DNA of 63,581 nucleotides, filler included, from Stramenopiles sp. TOSAG23-3 (Eukaryota): assembly GCA_900128585.1 (NCBI GenBank). It is 24 parts of 24 records of this genome, joined end to end, with 100 filler letters (N's around TTAATTAATTAA, not from the genome) between each part and the next. Parts side by side here need not be neighbours in the genome. Positions count along the whole stretch, not along the records: positions 42,541 to 45,087 come from LT644737.1; positions 45,188 to 47,732 come from LT644738.1; positions 47,833 to 50,377 come from LT644739.1; positions 50,478 to 53,019 come from LT644740.1; positions 53,120 to 55,661 come from LT644741.1; positions 55,762 to 58,302 come from LT644742.1; 18 more parts are not named here. One strand, given 5' to 3'. A program made the translations under genes and the position numbers. Of the stretch, positions 44,683-56,104 are shown piece after piece. Positions within the stretch are counted from its first letter, which is position 1. Every line of letters begins with the position of its first letter. The notes beneath the pieces are model-generated. The model saw only the letters and a program-made list of their open reading frames with translations. It searched no databases and was not told the origin of the DNA.

Positions 44683-44817
44683 TAAGGGAGTAAGGTGTCG
44701 CTGGGATGTTGACTCATTGTGACGGTCAACTAACTGTACCTGCCACAAACCTCCCTTACAGTTCCAAATGTGAAGTAAGGTGTCGCTGGGAGATTTATCC
44801 TGCCACAAACCTTCACA
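44683..44817. other. Two tandem structured units (44683-44758 and 44769-44817) with identical cores and covarying outer stems; ncRNA or ssDNA recombination-site candidate
   Basis: Shared AGTAAGGTGTCGCTGGGA and CCTGCCACAAACCT; outer stems TAAGGGAG/CTCCCTTA versus TGTGAAG/CTTCACA. Confidence 0.75.
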
Positions 44818-44859
44818 AAAATTTTGGGGCCTTGACTTTTAGGAATGCATATTTTAAGG

Positions 44860-45087
44860 CTACTGGAGATAGAGTACTGGGGCAGAGAGCATACCGTGAA
44901 GAGGTGCCCTCAGGAAAAAAACAAAAAAATAACAAATCAGGGTCATGCAAGACCACGTATCTTTCTCGCAGTAGGGAGAGTCTTTAAAGTAGAACCCCGA
45001 CCATGCCGTCACGTAGACCAGCAGCATCGAGTACGCCCCCATGTTATGCAGCGATTGTCGTTGTTTCTTATTGGACGCTTCTTCGTC
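44860..45087 (-). CDS. C-terminal fragment of a probable host membrane protein converging on the recombinase element
   Basis: Frame open from the contig edge (DEEASNKKQRQ...) with hydrophobic segments; higher GC than the recombinase. Confidence 0.4.
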   Translation of the reverse strand, partial: DEEASNKKQRQSLHNMGAYSMLLVYVTAWSGFYFKDSPYCEKDTWSCMTLICYFFVFFLRAPLHGMLSAPVLYLQ

Positions 45088-45187
45088 NNNNNNNNNNNNN
45101 NNNNNNNNNNNNNNNNNNNNNNNNNNNNNNNTTAATTAATTAANNNNNNNNNNNNNNNNNNNNNNNNNNNNNNNNNNNNNNNNNNNN

Positions 45188-45264
45188 CCGGTTGCTTTGA
45201 CATCTTCCGCAGCCAGCGGCGTTGCCAGAATGAGGCAGAGGGCAGCGATTCGTGCAGTTTTCAT
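45188..45264 (-). CDS. Signal-peptide start of a secreted protein (truncated)
   Basis: MKTARIAALCLILATPLAAEDVKAT runs to the contig edge. Confidence 0.5.
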
Positions 45265-45545
45265 TGTTGAATTTAAGTTCAGATGGATAATGGCTTGTTA
45301 TTAGAATATGATAAGTCTTTTTGATGGGTTTCAGAAGGAGAACGGCGGGAAAAACGTGCACCGTGAATTTGGCAAAGTAGTAGAAACGGTATCCCAGTAG
45401 GAAGAAGAAGAGGAGAACGAGAAGGCCATATAAAATATGCTGCGTTGGAAAAATAAAGGATTATATGGTACGCTGTGCGTTGGAAAAAATAATGGATTAT
45501 TTGCTCCCTCTTTCTAAGTTATATATATTATACTACAGGGTATAA

Positions 45546-45701
45546 TAATCCGCAGTCCTTAACCAACCTGAAATTGTTAGACGATAATAGCATTAGTAAC
45601 CGAGATTTGAATAAATTAACAGGGAATTATGCTTTGATTAACGGTGAATCGTTGCCTTAATTATTTCTATATTGGGAAGGTTGGTTAAGGACTGCGGATT
45701 A
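45546..45701. mobile_element. 156-bp MITE-like element with perfect 24-bp inverted ends (outer TA is a likely TSD)
   Basis: TAATCCGCAGTCCTTAACCAACCT (45546-45569) and AGGTTGGTTAAGGACTGCGGATTA (45678-45701) are exact reverse complements; AT-rich noncoding interior. Confidence 0.8.
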
Positions 45702-46512
45702 GTTGGGAAAGTTTTAACATTATATGTCCCCTTTCTGCCTTTCTTCTGTCACTTTTGTTATTTAATCTTTTATAAATGGCAATAACCCCCCCCCTTTTCT
45801 TTCTTTATAAAATACATTTCTGACTTTTCACTTCTTCTTTTTTAGTGCGCCGTACGATAATTAAAAATTAAAATATGTACTGCGAACTGACAAAAATATT
45901 GTCTCATTTTAAATTAAACTAAAAAAATTGGCTGTGAGTTTATTTTTGTGGGTTCTTGAACGGTTTTACCTTCTTTTTTCTTTTCTTTTTTGACTTAAAA
46001 AACATACCTATATCTAATTCATTTTCTCAAGTAAAAATTAGAAACAAAAAATTGGCCTCGTATACCGCGAAAATGATCTACTCCTTTTCTCCACTAAAAA
46101 AGTTTACGTTCCTTTGTGTACTGCAAACCTATCTCTGTCAGGGAATTGTCATTTGTGATTTGAGGTGTCGGGGGAGGGTCGTTTAAGTCGGTGTGGGAAA
46201 TTGGCGTTTGTTGGTGCTGTTCCGATGGTGAAGATTCTGTAGGCAGTGCAATGGTTGGGGGTCCTTGGCGTGCCAGTTGGAGTCTCTTCCTGCTGGCAAT
46301 GCTCTGGTCCCGGTTTTAAATTAAAACCATTATCTTTTTAGTGCGAAGAGAGCTAAGTGTATTATTAAAAACAAAAAATTGGCTGTGTTTATTTGAGTTT
46401 ACTTTTAAATAGCCAATTCCATTCTTAGTTGTACTCCTTCTTCTGCTTTTTCGGCAAACGCTCCGGCCCCCGGAAGTGCACCCACATCGAATAACTATAA
46501 CAGGAGCGGCCT

Positions 46513-46980
46513 TTAACACCCTCCGCCGCCCCGAAAACGTAACAAACGGCGCCGACCATGATTATCGTGAACAGAATAACTAGAAAACTTACCATCCCCT
46601 TTCAGCGTTAATTTCCACCCTTTGTGCGAGAACTCCAAAGGTTCCTGGTTGTTGAGTGCTCGATTGGAAATTTCGTCGCACAACTTCTTGCTTGTAGAAC
46701 ACTGGAACGAGAACGTTATACCGTCGTACTGAACGCCTTCTAACACGTCTTTCGCGAACTTGGAGAATTTGCCTCCTGTGTCTGCAATTGCATTCTTACG
46801 AAAATCATCGAATACATCTTTTGGGATATCACTCCCCACTTCTTCCAATAACGACGCATCTTCCAAGTTTTCGCTTACTTCAGCGCTCCACGTTTCACAC
46901 AAAACGCATGGGGCGCAGGAAAGAACCGCAACAACCAACAGATATCTGCGTATTAAAAGTTTTGTTTTCGAGACGAACAT
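46513..46980 (-). CDS. Small secreted protein of unknown function ending RRRLLRFRGGGGC
   Basis: Hydrophobic signal YLLVVAVLSCAPCVLC; complete ORF from the ATG at 46980. Confidence 0.6.
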   Translation of the reverse strand: MFVSKTKLLIRRYLLVVAVLSCAPCVLCETWSAEVSENLEDASLLEEVGSDIPKDVFDDFRKNAIADTGGKFSKFAKDVLEGVQYDGITFSFQCSTSKKLCDEISNRALNNQEPLEFSHKGWKLTLKGDGKFSSYSVHDNHGRRRLLRFRGGGGC

Positions 46981-47832
46981 TTTTTGATTTAACAATGCTG
47001 ATAGAAGGGACTTTTTTTATTTCATCAATTTGTTTTGGGGAAACTTTCATCTGAAAAACTTGGCCCGGAAAATCAGAACGCACCAAGCAGTTCCTTGCGG
47101 TTAAAACTAGTGGATTTGAAGTGTTGCTCGTCGGTTCGTCGGTTTTTATTATTTAAAAATAAAAGAAGAATTAATGCTGTCCTGTTGCACGAACAATGAA
47201 CGGTTGTACCGGACGGACTTTTCAGGTGTTTCGATGCTGTGTTGCCGTATAAACTTCTTCCAACCCTGTCAAAGTCCCCCCTTTTTTTAAACGAGAAGAT
47301 GATTGATTCCATTTTTTTAAACGAGGATATATGTGAGTAGATGATTGATAGGTAAATGTACTGATAAGAATAATAAAAAATAAAATAATCAAATAATTCT
47401 TTTTTGTTTCGACAACAAGCAATTGTCTAATTTTGGATGATAGTCACTATTTATTCCGTAAAAAACCTTTTTATAGTCTGGCACCTTTTCTGTGTTCCAA
47501 TGTTTAGGATCGCCTGTTGCCAACGCATGTGCTGCTTCTTCACAATTAATAACAATCGTTTTTCGGTACTTTTACTTCACAATTGTGGTTTCCATACTAT
47601 TGTACTTGTCCGATTTTGGGTCCAGAGGTATGTATGTGTAACTTTTTTTTAATTAAAAAACTAGCAGGGAGTTAGTGTTACACAAAATAACATTGAATAA
47701 CATATAAAATGACGAAAAAACTTATTATTTTANNNNNNNNNNNNNNNNNNNNNNNNNNNNNNNNNNNNNNNNNNNNTTAATTAATTAANNNNNNNNNNNN
47801 NNNNNNNNNNNNNNNNNNNNNNNNNNNNNNNN

Positions 47833-47940
47833 AAATTCGAGTGGGATTTTTTTTCGCGCCAAGGACACTGAACACTTTGTAAAACAGGCGTCTATCATCG
47901 CATTTTACTTAAAGAAAAACAAGGACAGTCGTCTTTCTTT
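47833..47940. repeat. Second copy (inverted) of the dispersed repeat at 9722-9830
   Basis: ttcgcgccaaggacactga.cacttt.ta.aacagg.gtcta...gcattttact.aaa.aaaaaca..gac.gtcgtcttt is shared. Confidence 0.8.
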
Positions 47941-48367
47941 TTTTTTACATCGGAGACGAAATAAATGACGAAAGAGGGAAAGAGGCAACAACAAAATAAT
48001 AATAAATTGCCAAGAAGTAGCAAACATTGGGATAGCATTGTTTACATCTCATGTTTTTTAGTAGTCCTAAGTATGTAGTACTTTATGACAGACGCACAAC
48101 ATGAAGAAATAAAAAATATCCGGTATATTCCATTTATACATATAATAATAAATAATAATAATTCGCAGCAAAAAATATATGATTAGTTTGTTGCACACGA
48201 GAACGATGCTTTATCATGTTGCTGTTGTCTGCATTCAATCAATCGACGGATTCATAGCATTTTTTGACGAACACGTCCGCGCTCGAGACAGCAACAAAAT
48301 AGCTACATCTACGTTCAAGGCAAATTGAAGGTTGTATATATTAACACTCATTATCGAATATAGAAAG

Positions 48368-50377
48368 ATGAATGTGGGCGCCGCAAGGCCTTCCACTGCA
48401 CCTGCGGGAACTTGGGTCTCAGGGAGCGGTCTCGATAATCTGCCGCTCGATTCTTCCATCGAAAGTTGGCCAGAATTGAATATCAGTTCTGTTCGGAAAC
48501 GGAGTCGTTCCTTTGCTAAATCACTGTCCCAGACGAAAGCCCTGTACTTGAGAACCACCAAGCCCGAGCTCACATTGCAGTCTCTTGCAGACGAGCAAGA
48601 CCAAATTCAGGCAAACCCAAAGCCCTCAAGAAGGTTTTTGACCGCGCATGATAGATTTTTGGTAACGCGCAATGTCCAGACGCGGTTGGGCACCACTGGC
48701 GAGGGGCCAAAGAGCCCCTTCAAATCATTACAAGCTTTCTCTGCCATGCCGAGTCATCAAAAAAATGGCGCCTTCTTCCCGACAGAGTCCAAAGGGATCG
48801 TCATCAAAAAGTACAAAAAGTTGTCGAAGACATGGGAGCGTCATCATACGGATCATATAAAACGTTTCAATCGTAAATGGGAAGAAAAAATAAAGCCGAA
48901 CCAAGAAAGTGGAGTGTTCGATGACGATAGTGTGATGGAAAGCATGGACGACTCTCACGAAGGCTCGGATGTCATGGAGGGTGACGACATGGAGATGGAC
49001 AGTGCCATGATGGCTTCACTAGCGAGGCGAAAAGTAAGAGAAATACGAAGAGGCCACAGAGACTATGTTACGGGAGGGTACACCCAGAACGGCTACATAG
49101 CCAACAGAATACGGAACGCGCGAGAGCAGGTGGCTCGGCAAATAGAACACCCTAGCAGCGGGGGTCGGGCGTCAGGCAACAGAATCGAAAACCGGCTCGA
49201 CGATCCAAAAGAGCAGGCCAACACAATGGCATTGTTGTGCGTCCGCAGCATCTGCCGCCTCTCCTGTGGAATAGGCGCGCCTACCATTGACCTGGTCGAG
49301 TTTGGTGCGGTGAATATTCTTCGTGCAATGTCAGAAATCTACTACAGAAACATGTCCGACGACAATCGAGCTACGGCGACGATCCAAACCTTAAGGCACG
49401 ATATAGCGGCAGCAATAGGCTCTCTATCCTACTCAGGGGACTTGAGACGAATTGTTCGCGAAGGTGCCGTTGCTTGTATGGTAGAATGCGCCAAATCAAA
49501 CAACCATGAAACGCAAGAGCTTGTTGCCATCTCGTTTCATAATTTAGCTTCAAACGCTAGCAACCACTCCATGATGGTGTCAGAGGGCGCGGTGGAGGCC
49601 TTGATTGGGTTGGGCAGACGTTCCCGTACGACAACTACCATGCACTTCGTAGCCACCGCACTTTGTTCCATCACCATGGACAATGCTGTCAGGGAGCAAA
49701 TGGCCAAGAGAAAATGCGCAAAACCCTTATCAACGTTGTACACGTTGCTAAACACGATGAGCACAGATGAAGTTACGCCACGATATGTTGCGTTGACTAT
49801 TTCAAACCTTTCTCGTGTGAAGCGAGCACAGATTGAGATCGTTCAAATTCTTGACATCGTTCCCCTGATCAACCAGGCTTCCAGAGTGAGCGATGAGGAG
49901 AGAATGATGCTCGAAATTCCTGAGCGAGTCGCTCAGGGATCGAAATTCCAGGAGATTAAATTCAATAACTCATCAAAATCATATGTTTCCCCGAATGTAT
50001 CCTCACGAATGCGAGGGTTAGAATGGTCTACACACGATTTTGACCCCCATCGCACTACACCAAAACAGCCCGGCCTACCGGGCGTCGAGTTGACGAAGAG
50101 GCGAAAAATTAAGACGAATAAAAAAAAAGACACGAAAACGAAAATAGCTGAAAAGGGCTCGCCCGAAAAAGGCGGGGGCGCGAAGAAGTTAAGCACGTCC
50201 TCGTTGAAAGAAGAAACTAATAGAAGTGGTAGAGTGAATCGATACAGTAAAGAGGTTTACGCGGACGGTCCATGCATTGTAACCAACGAAACTTTGGAGA
50301 TGCTTGTACGTACTATGTTTAAAAGGTCATACCTAACCCAGGAAGAACTGTCCATAGAGATTGAGGACAGCGAGCGG
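48368..50377 (+). CDS. Armadillo-repeat protein (3' truncated)
   Basis: ARM-like units IVREGAVACMV, MVSEGAVEALIGL, VATALCSIT and VALTISNLS. Confidence 0.75.
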
Positions 50378-50477
50378 NNNNNNNNNNNNNNNNNNNNNNN
50401 NNNNNNNNNNNNNNNNNNNNNTTAATTAATTAANNNNNNNNNNNNNNNNNNNNNNNNNNNNNNNNNNNNNNNNNNNN

Positions 50478-51850
50478 AGAACTTTACTGTTGTCTGGGGT
50501 AGCGCAGGTCAAGTGTTCAACCACAATCTCGTTCGGGTTGGATAAAATTCTTCCTGTGCGTTCGAAGCGGAGGACGGCGTCCGTTGCGACGTCCAGCTTT
50601 TCCAGCATTTCTCCAACACGGTGGACCAATCCAGCGATCGATGGTAAGTCGGGGAAGAGCTGCAACAAGCCCAGGACCCCGGCGAAAAACAACCCCATGA
50701 CCCCATTTACATATTGAAATCGCCCTATATCCAGGAGATTGCCATTTAAAGTAGGAGGCACGGACGACGTCGCGTTTAAACCTGAGGGGGGTACTGTTTC
50801 AGCACCAACGTCCATTAGAACTAATACAAGTCCAATGATTAATACATTAGATGAAATAGAACTGAACACTGGCCCCAGTTGGCACAGCACAGTCTGTAAA
50901 ATAAGACTTTTCTGGTTCTCGTAAACGTCGTTAAGCGCCGCGTGTGCACTTTCGTGTTCTACGTGTACCCCGTTGTAAAACACGATGGATTCTGAAAACT
51001 CTTTGACGCGGGTGTGAACGTACCGGAGAGCGCCTTCGTACATTTGTTGGCGAAATGTCAGCTTGACCGCTTTTTTCATGAAAATAATAGACAGACAAGC
51101 AATAACCGCGGTGTACACCGAGAACATCCCCAACCCCTCGAGCCCTACGCTCTCAATAAAGATCCCGATAGAAGCGACGGTAAAATATAAACTAGTGACC
51201 AGCCCATCAACAAATGACTGGTCGGCCCGAAAACCACCCACAAGAAATACCAGCAACTGCTGCGTTGCGTCTTCCACGTCCGCAGCAATACGTTGGTCAA
51301 TATTATCGACCGTAGAATCGATGTTGGATAAAAAATGGGACACTTTGCGAGTACCAAAAAGGCCAGTTTGCATACTTCGGGTGAGCGTACTTCGGACTTC
51401 CAAACGCGCGAGGCCCCCTAAGTAACGGGCTAGGCCAACGGCAGCCGCTGCTGCTGGGATCAGCAAGGCGTATTTTAAAATTACGTCCCATAATTTGTTT
51501 ATGTCGCATGCAGCTAGGGGTGGCATTGCTTCCTCGTTGGCTTTGGTGTTGATAATGACCGTCAAGTAAATGGATAGGGTCAGCAACGCTACGCTGGCTA
51601 CTGTTAAGATGCACAGCCGAGCCGGCCTTGGCGAGGAGGAAAAGCCAACGCGAGTTATTCTTCCTAATCGTTGGCAGCACAAACGATTGATCCCGTCTGC
51701 TCCCGCTTTTTCTGCCGCAGCAGCGTCCGTGCGAAACAAAATTTCCGACGCTCGGCGGTTTTGTCCGGGTGTTCGCCCCTTTCCCCCTTCGTCGGCGAAG
51801 GAGCCTCCCATTTCCACATAGTTAACGAGTGGTTTCTTCAAGTCGTTCAT
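50478..51850 (-). CDS. ABCD-family (peroxisomal/lysosomal) transporter; TMD and start of NBD
   Basis: DNIDQRI..DV, EAA-like EGALRYVHTRVKEFSESIVFYNG, AGLVHRVGEM and LTCATP. Confidence 0.9.
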
Positions 51851-52748
51851 CGTCGGATAAACAGTATGCCTTCAAATGTTGTATAGTTACTTTCGTTCTT
51901 CGAAGTGTCGTGTGTCACTGTATGTATTTGTTAATACGCAAGTTTTATTTGCAATTACCAGGGGGGATAATGAATGGGTGTTTGGCGTCAATTATTATAG
52001 AAAAAGGCCTACGCCGTACGCCCTAAGGTATAATATTAATATTTAATACCTACGCCAAGGCATCCCGAAGGATCATAATATTATTAATATTTATTATTGA
52101 TCTCAACATCCGAAGAAGGGAAGAAAAAAAAGAAAGAAATGATACAAATAATTAATACCAAGTTCTTGGTTCTTCGAGTTGGTTCTTTTGGTTCTATAAA
52201 ATAGTAGTCTATAATATTAGGTTCTATTTAAATTATATAGGTTCTAGATAGAAGATACTCCTTCCTTGTCTTCTTTTTTATTAGCTAGTCAGTTCTAGGG
52301 TTGTTGGGTTTCGTACGATAATGACAGTACCTGGTACCTGGTACCGTAATAGTATTATAGTATGAATAAAAAAAAATACGAAGAAGAGAAAAAAAGAAGT
52401 ATTATTATTTTTTTATTATTATTAAAAATACTTCTTGGTATATTATTTATACCCTCCTCCTTCCTTCTTGGTGGTTATTTTTAAAAAAATTCAATCATCA
52501 CACATCCATCATCATCCAGCATTCTTCCTCTTCTCATTCAATAACCTACAATCGTTTCAATTCAAACGAAAACAACAGTAATCTGTCCAATAATAAATAA
52601 TAAAAGAACAGAAAATTAAACGAAATATACAATTCAATCAAGTAACCAAATAAGCGTTTGCTAACATTGAATTTCAGGAACTAAGCCTACAGAAAAATTG
52701 GTTGCGGAAAAGTGTGCTCGGTTGTGAACACACGCCCAGGGGTTTACC

Positions 52749-53019
52749 ATGAGCAACGTGGGTGCGAACGCCAGCGACGTCGGGTTGATTGTGCAAGGGA
52801 CGCTGATATTTTTAAGTGCGGTGGTGGCTGTCATTGGGTACTTGGTCCAAGCAAAGCTTGCTCGATCGGCAGCGGCGCACGATATACAAACGGCCCGGGC
52901 GGAGCGGCACAAAGACGCGCGTCTTCAAAGCCTTCAAAACCAACTCTCAAACCTGATTGGACCCGTGCAGTCGCTCATCCAAACGGGGCACAACATGGTC
53001 TTTACGACGGCCGCAAGGA
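52749..53019 (+). CDS. Membrane protein, N-terminal fragment
   Basis: ATG, TM segment LIFLSAVVAVIGYLV, frame open to the contig end. Confidence 0.55.
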
Positions 53020-53121
53020 NNNNNNNNNNNNNNNNNNNNNNNNNNNNNNNNNNNNNNNNNNNNTTAATTAATTAANNNNNNNNNNNNNNNNNNNNNNNNN
53101 NNNNNNNNNNNNNNNNNNNGA

Positions 53122-53185
<64 letters not shown>

Positions 53186-53699
53186 AAAGAAAGAAAGAGA
53201 ATGCATCCCTTTCCTTTGCTAGTCTAATATATTTCTCCTCCTATTTAATATAAAAAAGAAGAAGAAATAGTCGTCTTCTATCTAATTATTCTATAATCTA
53301 AATAATATAATTTAGATTTAGACTTTCCATCTGTCCTCCTGCCTGCATCCTGCAAGTGCAACTACTACTACTACTAAACCAAGTATTTGATAGTGATATA
53401 TTATAGTCAATTATCATCGCATCATAGAAGAAGAAGAAGAAGAAGAAGAGGAGGAGAAGAAAGACCATTATTTCATTTTTTTTATTAAACAATCTGTGTT
53501 CAGATTCGTTTTGGTATTTAAGAGAGGGAAAGGGAAGTAAGCAAGGAAGGAAGAGACGTTTGATACGAAGGGAGGGAGAAATAAATTTATATGCACATGC
53601 ACATATGTAATAGCTATATATACGAATACTTTCTTTCGAGATACACGCATACAACAAAACAACACGGTAACATATTCACTTTTTCACAACGGACACATC

Positions 53700-54962
53700 A
53701 TGGCTCTCTCGCGTCGTACGTTTGTCCTTGGGGGGCACGTCTCCAAGTTTATAGGTTCTCGCCACCCAGACTTCATCTGGAAGAAACACCCCGACTTTGG
53801 GGAGAAAGAAAACCCGATCCTTGAGGACTACATCGATGAAGCGGTGAACGGCGCCCTGGAAGCAACGGGGACGCCCGCGGACGCCGTCGACAAGGCATGG
53901 ATCGGAAACTTCTGCGGGGAGCTCTTCTCGAACCAAGGGCACCTTGGCGCTGCTGTCGTCGGCGCCAACCAGGGCTTGATGAACAAGCCAGTGATGCGCG
54001 TCGAGGGCGCGTGCGCGTCCGGCGGTCTGGCCTTTGCCAGCGCAGTAGATGCCATCCAGGCCGGGAACGACGTCACCCTCGTTGTGGGCGCCGAAGTCCA
54101 AACGACGGCCAGCGCCCGCGTGGGCGGGGACTACCTGGCCCGCGCCTCGCACTACACGCGGCAGCGGGGAATCGACGACTTTACGTTCCCCGCCCTGTTT
54201 GCTCGGCGCATCAAGGAGTGCCAGGAGGGGCTGGGCGTGACCGCAGAAGACCTGGGGGCGCTGAGCGCAAAGGCGTACGCGAACGCGAACCGCAACCCGA
54301 AAGCCCACATGACCGCCGTGAAGATGGACAAAGAGACGGCGTCGACTGCGAGCGATAAGAACCCGTGCTTCCTTGGAAACGAGGAGTTGAGCCCGTACTT
54401 GCGGCTCAGCGATTGTAGCCAAGTGAGCGACGGCGGCGCGGGCCTCGTGCTGGTCTCCGAAGAAGGCTTGAAAAAGCTCGGAAAGAGCGAGTCCGATGCG
54501 ATAGAAGTGGTAGGCATTGGTCATGCCACAGGAAACTTGTACGAGGACGCCGACATGCTCAAGTTGGACACCACCGCCAGCGCAGCGGAGAAGGCGTACG
54601 CGATGAGTGGGGCCACCGCCAGCCAGATGGAGGTCGCGGAGGTGCACGATTGCTTCACCATCACGGAACTGTTGATGCTCGAAGCGCTAGGAATAGCAGA
54701 GTATGGAAAGGGGAAAGAGCTCGTCCGCGACGGATCGTTAGAAATTGACGGAAAGATCCCATGCAACACTGGTGGGGGCCTTGTCGGTTTCGGCCACCCC
54801 GTCGGAGCCACCGGGGTCAAGCAAATTTTGGAAATTTACAGGCAAATGAAAGGGGAGTGCGGAGACTACCAAATGCCGAACAAACCCAACATGGGAATCA
54901 CTGCGAACATGGGCGGCGACGACAAGACCGCGGTCGTGGGTATATTCAAGAACTGCGCTTAG
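53700..54962 (+). CDS. SCP2-type (HDCF) thiolase / 3-ketoacyl-CoA thiolase
   Basis: RVEGACASGG, CSQVSDG, EVHDCF, GHPVGATG and NMGG. Confidence 0.93.
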   Translation: MALSRRTFVLGGHVSKFIGSRHPDFIWKKHPDFGEKENPILEDYIDEAVNGALEATGTPADAVDKAWIGNFCGELFSNQGHLGAAVVGANQGLMNKPVMRVEGACASGGLAFASAVDAIQAGNDVTLVVGAEVQTTASARVGGDYLARASHYTRQRGIDDFTFPALFARRIKECQEGLGVTAEDLGALSAKAYANANRNPKAHMTAVKMDKETASTASDKNPCFLGNEELSPYLRLSDCSQVSDGGAGLVLVSEEGLKKLGKSESDAIEVVGIGHATGNLYEDADMLKLDTTASAAEKAYAMSGATASQMEVAEVHDCFTITELLMLEALGIAEYGKGKELVRDGSLEIDGKIPCNTGGGLVGFGHPVGATGVKQILEIYRQMKGECGDYQMPNKPNMGITANMGGDDKTAVVGIFKNCA

Positions 54963-55340
54963 GCACGCGGGCCAGTGGCCAAAACGTATCGCGGACTGAA
55001 TCTTCACGTTTGTTGCTGAGATACGAGAAGTTCAACTTTAGATATGTTATGGTGCCGAAGAAGGAAAAAAACAAAATTGTATACGACGAAGTAACTTCAG
55101 TACATTAATGCAACTTGTTAACGTGCTAAAAAAGTGTAAAAAAAGTGTAAATATTACATGAATTGTATTAATTTCGAGGCAAACAAAATTATTACCACAC
55201 CAGCAGCGCTATGCATATGTACATTAAAGCATACTAAATATATAATATATAATATTCTTTTGGTCCCCAGGAAAATTAGCCGTACCAGATTTTGAGTGCT
55301 CATCGCTAAAATAGTACTGTTGGCTCAAATAAGTACAATT

Positions 55341-55581
55341 TCAGACCAATGTGTCCGCTGCCGCCTGCTTCCTCCTCCTGCTTCCTCCTCCTGCTTCCTC
55401 CTCCTCCTTCCTCATCCACTCATTAATAGTCGTCACCACAATAATAATAAATATAATATATATAATAATAATAAACTTTTATTAATATTATTACTACTAC
55501 TACCTACTAACTATAATAATATATTATTTTATTATTATTTTCATCAATCACACGAATCAGACCAATGTGTCCGCTGCCGCC
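55341..55581. repeat. 25-bp perfect direct repeats flanking a low-complexity insert
   Basis: TCAGACCAATGTGTCCGCTGCCGCC at 55341-55365 and 55557-55581. Confidence 0.85.
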
Positions 55582-56104
55582 GGATAGCCAGGGAGGTGCT
55601 TTCCCCCAACTTGCCCCAACTTCCAGCCACTTAGGGTAGTGGTTATAGACCTAAATCAGTGNNNNNNNNNNNNNNNNNNNNNNNNNNNNNNNNNNNNNNN
55701 NNNNNTTAATTAATTAANNNNNNNNNNNNNNNNNNNNNNNNNNNNNNNNNNNNNNNNNNNNGATTAACTAAGAAGTCGATCAATCATGAATCCAATCAAT
55801 CAATCCATTTGGAATATAAATTGACACCTAAGCTAACGATTGTCAAAATATTGTAAGAAGGAGCAAGGGCGAGAAAATGTGCTTTCTTTCTTATGCTTTA
55901 CATGAAAAGGGAAACAAGATTCGTGTGAACTAGAAGCAAAGTGTTTGATTGCTGTGTTCGGTCTGTCGCTTCTTCGCTTGTCCGCGCCACGTCGGTGGCT
56001 CTCCGAACGTTGCTGCGTCCGCTAGTGGGTTCGTTCTGCAGTGTTTTGAAACGGTGCCACAACCTTCCGTTTTTGTACATAGAAAGTTTAATCAGAGAGC
56101 AACC

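Noticed and set aside
44683-44817. CRISPR array, or twister/hammerhead/HDV ribozyme reading of the tandem units
   Set aside because: Only two units, no cas genes, and the catalytic consensus motifs of those ribozymes are missing on both strands. Kept as an unexplained structured element.
53676-54647. 323-aa antisense ORF over the thiolase (likewise 56345-57121, 710-1402, 37710-38369, 4176-4832)
   Set aside because: Shadow frames of GC-rich coding genes, with no recognisable motifs.
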